Assembly: GCA_043810925.1 (NCBI GenBank)
Contig: JBDRNT010000122.1
Coordinates: forward strand, 1-39,804
Source of the DNA: Candidatus Eiseniibacteriota bacterium
Lineage (GTDB): Bacteria; Arandabacterota; Arandabacteria; Arandabacterales; Arandabacteraceae
Length of the DNA stretch: 39,804 nt
Direction of reading: 5' to 3'
Shown here: in pieces, positions 35,530-39,804 of the stretch
How the letters are laid out: the number at the start of each line of letters is the position of its first letter
Numbering within the stretch: position 1 is the first letter of the stretch
Made by a program: the position numbers and the translations under genes
The notes under the pieces: model-generated
Seen by the model: the letters and a program-made list of their open reading frames with translations, nothing else
Told to the model about the DNA's origin: nothing
Database searches by the model: none

Positions 35530-37464
35530 TCAGTGGATGAGAATTGTCTTCACCGGTTCCGAGGTGCCGCCCTCGCCGCGCAGGCGCATGTAATAGCAGC
35601 CTGATCCGACCGGGGTGCCGCTCTCGTCGCGTCCGTCCCAGTGGGTGCTGTGGCTGCCTGGCCCCAGTGATCCTAGATACAGGGTCCTGACGGGCTTTCC
35701 GCTAACGTCGTAGACCTCCAGTCTTATGGGTCCGGACATCCGGCTGGCAAAACGGACTTCGGTGGAGGCCTTTCCCGGATTGGGAGCCACGCCGAGAATC
35801 GAAATCCGCGTAGACGGAATGGAATCGCCCGAACGACCGGTTTCCTCGTCGTCCACGCCGCTTAAGTCCCTGTAGATCGAAATGTTGTCGATGCCGATCC
35901 TGTTGTTGTATACGGGATCATTATCATTCATGACGAATTTCACTACAAAGGTGGAAGAAAGATCCAGCCCGTGAAGCAGGCATATGGCATCCACGTCCAG
36001 TTCCACATCCTGCCAGACGGCATAAGCACCGGTCATCTCATAGACAAAGGTGAACGTCTCACCGCCGTCATCTGAGAAGTGCACGCCGTCGGGGTCAAGG
36101 TCCACCTCCGGACCGGGGGAGCCCGGCGCCATACTGGGGGCGCCTATGCACGGCTTGAAGGAGAACTCCAGTACGTTGCCGGCTTCGTTGTTCAGGTCTA
36201 CGTACATGGCGGCCTCAGTCTGGGTCACCTGGCCGGGAGTGTTTAACAACTCGAGATAGCGGTTGACTTCGTTGCCCACCACCTGGATGTTGCCGTACTC
36301 GATGTCGTCGTCATGGGTATTCAGGTACCACGAGGAATTGATTGACTGGTCGTGGCTGTCCTCAAAATCGCACCAAGTATAGGGCAGTGTGTGGTACTGG
36401 GGGGCATCGAAGTTGTCATAGGTTATAACCCAGTCTCGTATGTCGAATTCGACCGCCTGCCCATTTGAGATGGAAATCGCTTGTGTCTCAAGACCGGTGT
36501 CGACTGCTTTCATGGTCGATACCGCATAGAACTCCGGGGTCTCGTTTACCCGGTAAACCAGCCCATGGGCACCGTCCGGATCAAGGTCCCCATAGCCCCG
36601 GTAGGCATACATGGCATAGGAATTGGCGAATATGAAGTTCTTGTAGCAATCCCATTCCTTCATTGCGATCAAGGCTCTTCGCAGACCCTCTTCGTGGTCG
36701 CCGGCCAACTTGATGTTGCAGACTATCCAGTGAAACAGCGCCTCGCTATCCACGAGTTCGTTATTCCCCTGATTCTCAGTCTTATAGGGGTAGGTGTCGG
36801 CCCAGGTCTCGCCGGGATTCCATGATGCCCAAAGGTCCTCGGTCATGTCCCTGAGTTTCTGCTTATCGGTGAGCGTTCCGTTGTGTTCGAGGGAGTAGGT
36901 GTAGGTCTCATCGGTGTTCTCACCCTGCGGCTCGTTGATGCCGTTCCAGGGATAGTCCCAGATGAAGGGATGCGGATCGTCGATGTCGTCGTTTCCACCG
37001 GAAGCCCAGCGGGTGTGGGCAAGGACCATATGAGCGTTGTGGTCCAGCCCGTCGAGGTCCCAAACCCGCTGCTGGGCCCAGTAGAAGGCGTCGTCTGTAG
37101 TGCTGGTGCTCTGGATATCGTACCTGAAGACCTGGTTATCCTCGTAATTCGCCCAGTCGGCTAAGGCGTGCCCAAGACTCGGCCACTCAAAGACCTTCTC
37201 CGCCCGACCGGTGTTCAACCCGTAGTAGACGACAGAGTAACCGCTTATGTTCCTGGGGACCTGGGTGATCTTAAACCAGTTCCAGAAGTCCGACGGCTCA
37301 TCGAAAGGCTCGGGATACTGATTCCCCAACGTATCTATCTCGGTGATGGTATTCATGTTCGGCACCAGTATGCTGATCATATCGCAGTCGCTGTAGGCCG
37401 CGGTGGCGATCAGCGTCAGGCCCAGCGCAAGGCAAGCACAAAGGGTCTTGGCGGATCCGTGCAT
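35530..37464 (-). CDS. Exported class II glutamine amidotransferase-like (Ntn-hydrolase) protein with C-terminal FlgD-Ig/T9SS-type domain
   Basis: Signal peptide followed by CDMI; LAHTRWAS, DPHPF, HNGTL, DSEALF; C-terminal PNP...YDVSGKPVRTL...WDGRDESG.PVGSG.YY. Confidence 0.8.
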   Translation of the reverse strand: MHGSAKTLCACLALGLTLIATAAYSDCDMISILVPNMNTITEIDTLGNQYPEPFDEPSDFWNWFKITQVPRNISGYSVVYYGLNTGRAEKVFEWPSLGHALADWANYEDNQVFRYDIQSTSTTDDAFYWAQQRVWDLDGLDHNAHMVLAHTRWASGGNDDIDDPHPFIWDYPWNGINEPQGENTDETYTYSLEHNGTLTDKQKLRDMTEDLWASWNPGETWADTYPYKTENQGNNELVDSEALFHWIVCNIKLAGDHEEGLRRALIAMKEWDCYKNFIFANSYAMYAYRGYGDLDPDGAHGLVYRVNETPEFYAVSTMKAVDTGLETQAISISNGQAVEFDIRDWVITYDNFDAPQYHTLPYTWCDFEDSHDQSINSSWYLNTHDDDIEYGNIQVVGNEVNRYLELLNTPGQVTQTEAAMYVDLNNEAGNVLEFSFKPCIGAPSMAPGSPGPEVDLDPDGVHFSDDGGETFTFVYEMTGAYAVWQDVELDVDAICLLHGLDLSSTFVVKFVMNDNDPVYNNRIGIDNISIYRDLSGVDDEETGRSGDSIPSTRISILGVAPNPGKASTEVRFASRMSGPIRLEVYDVSGKPVRTLYLGSLGPGSHSTHWDGRDESGTPVGSGCYYMRLRGEGGTSEPVKTILIH

Positions 37465-37555
37465 ATCAACCTCCCAGGATGTTTGGCGATTTCCGCTTGC
37501 TTCTGCTACTCGCTACGTATTCTCTCATACCACCGTGCATAAGTCAAACGGTTTT

Positions 37556-37598
37556 GCCCAACGCGTTGGGAACACGAAGACGCAAGCCGATGTTGGCT
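37556..37598 (-). other. Internally deleted attC-like site (43 bp)
   Basis: AGCCAACATCGGCTTGC...CGCGTTGGGC, 16 nt after the hydrolase stop; R' GTTGGGC fits GTTRRRY. Confidence 0.45.
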
Positions 37599-37614
37599 GC
37601 GGCCACTCCTTTCC

Positions 37615-38667
37615 TCACTGCTGGCCACTGGACACTTCTGCCTCTATTCCCAGCAAGAACGATGTGGCCGTGCCATTGACAATCCGGGTCTGCGAGATCG
37701 TAAGATCATGGCTTGCATCCTGTATCACTTCGGTGACTATCGATGGGGCCACCGTCTTCAGACGATGCACAGCTTCATCTGCAGGATACACTACCTCGTT
37801 TTCTCCGACCAGGAAGAGCACCGGGACCTCAAGGTTGCGCAGCTCTTCATCTGTAAGAACTGTTGGCGTAATGGGCATTCTGAACGTGAAACACTTCATT
37901 GCCATCAAAGCGTCATTCATCCAATTCTCAAGCATTCGCTTGCTGAGTTCGTCCCCCCTCTTCACCAAGTCCTGACACAACCAATTGGTCAGAAAATGTG
38001 TCATGAAGAACCTGTGGGGTGGCAACGCCCCCATGATTCCTCGCCATGCCCATTGCCCTGGCAAGGGCAGGATTGTGGCGACGGGTGCGGCCATAACGAC
38101 GCCGTGCAACCGATCTTGGTGGCGAAGCGCGTACTGGCCCGCAAGCCATCCTCCGAAAGAGAGCCCCATCAAGTTGATGTTGTCCGCAAGTTCTAATTCT
38201 GTGAATAGTTCATCCAGCCAATCTGTGAGATCGTCCGCATCCACAACCGGACGTGTGTTAACACTCAGGCCAACGTCATAAATGTTGTCGACTGCATATA
38301 TCCTGAAGTTGGCCGCAAGCCCCTGAATATTCGGGATCCAAATCAACGACGAAGCAAAGCCTGATGGAAGCAGCACAAGCGGGGGAGCATTCTCCTGACC
38401 ACATATTCGCACATGTGTCTTGCCGAAAGAGGTTTCGACGTACCGCGTTTCCGATAACGGCGGCCATTCCTTCGCCCGCTCATCATAGTATTCTTGGTAT
38501 TGTTGTTCTGCCTCTTCTGTCTTAAAGGGATAGTGTTTGGGCAACGCGGAGTAATTCGGTCCTTTAAACAGCGAGGTCACGTGCCAGGCCACAAGACCCA
38601 GCCCGAACACCACACACAACGCGAGAGCAATAAGGATGGTCATTCTTGCCGGGATCTTACCAGTCAT
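37615..38667 (-). CDS. Alpha/beta-fold hydrolase with N-terminal TM segment
   Basis: GLSFGG nucleophile motif, VGENE acid, ASHD His; probable start MTGK with SD AAGGAGG. ORF track starts at 38745. Confidence 0.88.
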   Translation of the reverse strand: MTGKIPARMTILIALALCVVFGLGLVAWHVTSLFKGPNYSALPKHYPFKTEEAEQQYQEYYDERAKEWPPLSETRYVETSFGKTHVRICGQENAPPLVLLPSGFASSLIWIPNIQGLAANFRIYAVDNIYDVGLSVNTRPVVDADDLTDWLDELFTELELADNINLMGLSFGGWLAGQYALRHQDRLHGVVMAAPVATILPLPGQWAWRGIMGALPPHRFFMTHFLTNWLCQDLVKRGDELSKRMLENWMNDALMAMKCFTFRMPITPTVLTDEELRNLEVPVLFLVGENEVVYPADEAVHRLKTVAPSIVTEVIQDASHDLTISQTRIVNGTATSFLLGIEAEVSSGQQ

Positions 38668-38739
38668 CCTATTCAGATCCTCCTTGCACATTGGCACGTT
38701 TCGCATGCGCCGCTTGCTTGCCGTCATCCAATTACATCC

Positions 38740-38830
38740 CACCAACGGCGCCGCTCACCTGTCGCGCCTGTAATATCTCCCTTCAAGACGGCGGCGCTTC
38801 TCGCGCTCAGGTGTGGCAGCACTGTCAGCC
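38740..38830 (-). other. Degenerate attC-like site (91 bp)
   Basis: GGCTGAC...CACCTGAGCGCG...CGCGACAGGTGAGCGGCGCCGTTGGTG, 10 nt after the TPR gene stop. Confidence 0.6.
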
Positions 38831-38840
38831 ACATCCATCA

Positions 38841-39371
38841 CTATTTCGCCTGTATATTATTTGCCCGCTCCATCATTCGCTGTGCCTCATGTTCTCTGCC
38901 AGTATTTCTATACAGCGACGCCATGTTCAAAAGTGTTGGTACCAGAAATGCATCATCCTGGCCATACTCCTTTTCCAGAATGGCCAGCGAGCGTTTGTAC
39001 AGTGGTTCTGCTTCACCATATTCCTTCTGGGCCTCATAGAGCTCCGCCAGATTGCTGAGGCTCAAGGCCACATTGGGATGGTCGGGGCCATCATTTTGTT
39101 GAGCGACTTCCAGTGCGCGCTTGGCAACTTCCACCCCTTGAGCATAATCTCCAGTGCTATAGAGCTTCATCACTTCACTGGTTAAGGCCTGCCACTCGGT
39201 AACCCGACCTTGCCCAACACCACCGCCAGAAACATCCTCCGTGTCTCCTCCACTACCTCCATCATGACCCTTGCCTCCCTCACCTCCGCCCTCACCGCAT
39301 GCTGTTAAGAATACTGCAAGCAAGACACTTGATACTAGGACTCCCGTAACTCTTAGACTCTTGTTCCTCAT
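38841..39371 (-). CDS. TPR lipoprotein (kinesin-light-chain-type TPR) with Gly-rich linker
   Basis: Lipobox LTAC; GPDHPNVALSLSNLAELY..Q..Y.EAEPLYKRSLAI; SD GGAGG. Confidence 0.88.
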   Translation of the reverse strand: MRNKSLRVTGVLVSSVLLAVFLTACGEGGGEGGKGHDGGSGGDTEDVSGGGVGQGRVTEWQALTSEVMKLYSTGDYAQGVEVAKRALEVAQQNDGPDHPNVALSLSNLAELYEAQKEYGEAEPLYKRSLAILEKEYGQDDAFLVPTLLNMASLYRNTGREHEAQRMMERANNIQAK

Positions 39372-39392
39372 GTGGTCCTCCCCTGCCTGCCA

Positions 39393-39497
39393 TTAATGGC
39401 GGGCCAGACGAACTGTCTCCGAACGGCAGATCAGCATCACAAGTGCTGCAGTCGTTATCCCCGATAGGGACCTAATCTGCAATACTCTTATCTTCAT
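39393..39497 (-). pseudogene. 34-aa signal-peptide-like gene stub
   Basis: MKIRVLQIRSLSGITTAALVMLICRSETVRLARH then stop, starting 14 nt after the GTTGGAC core. Confidence 0.3.
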
Positions 39498-39510
39498 ACG
39501 GCGCCTGTCC

Positions 39511-39534
39511 GTCCAACAGCGGATATACGGATCC
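39511..39534 (-). other. attI-like recombination core
   Basis: GGATCCGTATATCCGCT-GTTGGAC (GTTRRRY) at the head of a co-oriented cassette-like gene run. Confidence 0.4.
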
Positions 39535-39672
39535 AACCGACGACGTTTTCACCCATTGCATTTCCGTTAAGCGCTCAGGAACTCTTAACAGCGTCATGCT
39601 CGCACATGCGCGGTGTTTGTCAACCGATTATCCAGGAAAGAATGTGTTATACGGTTTCCACTTAACGAATAG

Positions 39673-39750
39673 GATTGTATCCGTAGTGCTCGTGGTGTCA
39701 GGTACAGGTTGTCTCGCAGAGTTGTTTTGGCGAGCATTACGGATACAATC
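39673..39750. repeat. 20-bp inverted repeat with 38-nt loop
   Basis: GATTGTATCCGTAGTGCTCG versus CGAGCATTACGGATACAATC; 19/20 match. Confidence 0.85.
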
Positions 39751-39804
39751 GGTTGAACTTGACCGCTTCGCCTCACCTATGGGGATTGTATGGGTGGAGA
39801 GCCG

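Noticed and set aside
39594-39776. 60-aa minus-strand ORF
   Set aside because: It spans the inverted repeat and has no protein-like features.
32259-39804. Prophage or tRNA-targeted island with att duplication
   Set aside because: No duplicated tRNA 3' end, phage gene or integrase in the window; the accessory genes lie on the 5' side of tRNA-Leu.
39535-39804. LexA box upstream of the putative integrase
   Set aside because: No GAAC-N4-GTTY match found by eye.
1-39804. CRISPR array or cas genes
   Set aside because: No regularly spaced direct repeats or Cas motifs seen.

Overview
Chromosomal window from a moderately GC-rich bacterium, probably an FCB-group or related candidate phylum. This is an inference from FlgD-Ig/T9SS-type C-terminal domains, a PorV-like barrel and lapA/lapB. 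Almost all genes are on the minus strand. The core block (4.7-31.9 kb) reads DUF885, PorV-like, aldehyde dehydrogenase, corrinoid protein, homocysteine methyltransferase, orphan CoA-activase, mtaB, miaB, lapA, lapB, mutS, mutL, miaA, a membrane protein, a LexA-controlled mutagenesis cassette (lexA, 84-aa protein, PolY, dnaE2), tRNA-Gly, DUF512, der, plsY, gpsA, merR. The left end has a REP-flanked glycosyltransferase, tRNA-Pro, an exported Ni-SOD and a partial M1 peptidase. The right end, beyond tRNA-Leu, looks like a decayed integron cassette array with degenerate attC-like sites, gene stubs and an attI-like region. The most notable unexplained signals are a 193-nt structured region with its own sigma70 promoter (candidate ncRNA), the two-polymerase ImuA-less SOS cassette, the decayed cassette array, an exported class II glutamine-amidotransferase-like protein, and an orphan activase heading an apparently leaderless operon. 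All calls were made by eye without database searches.
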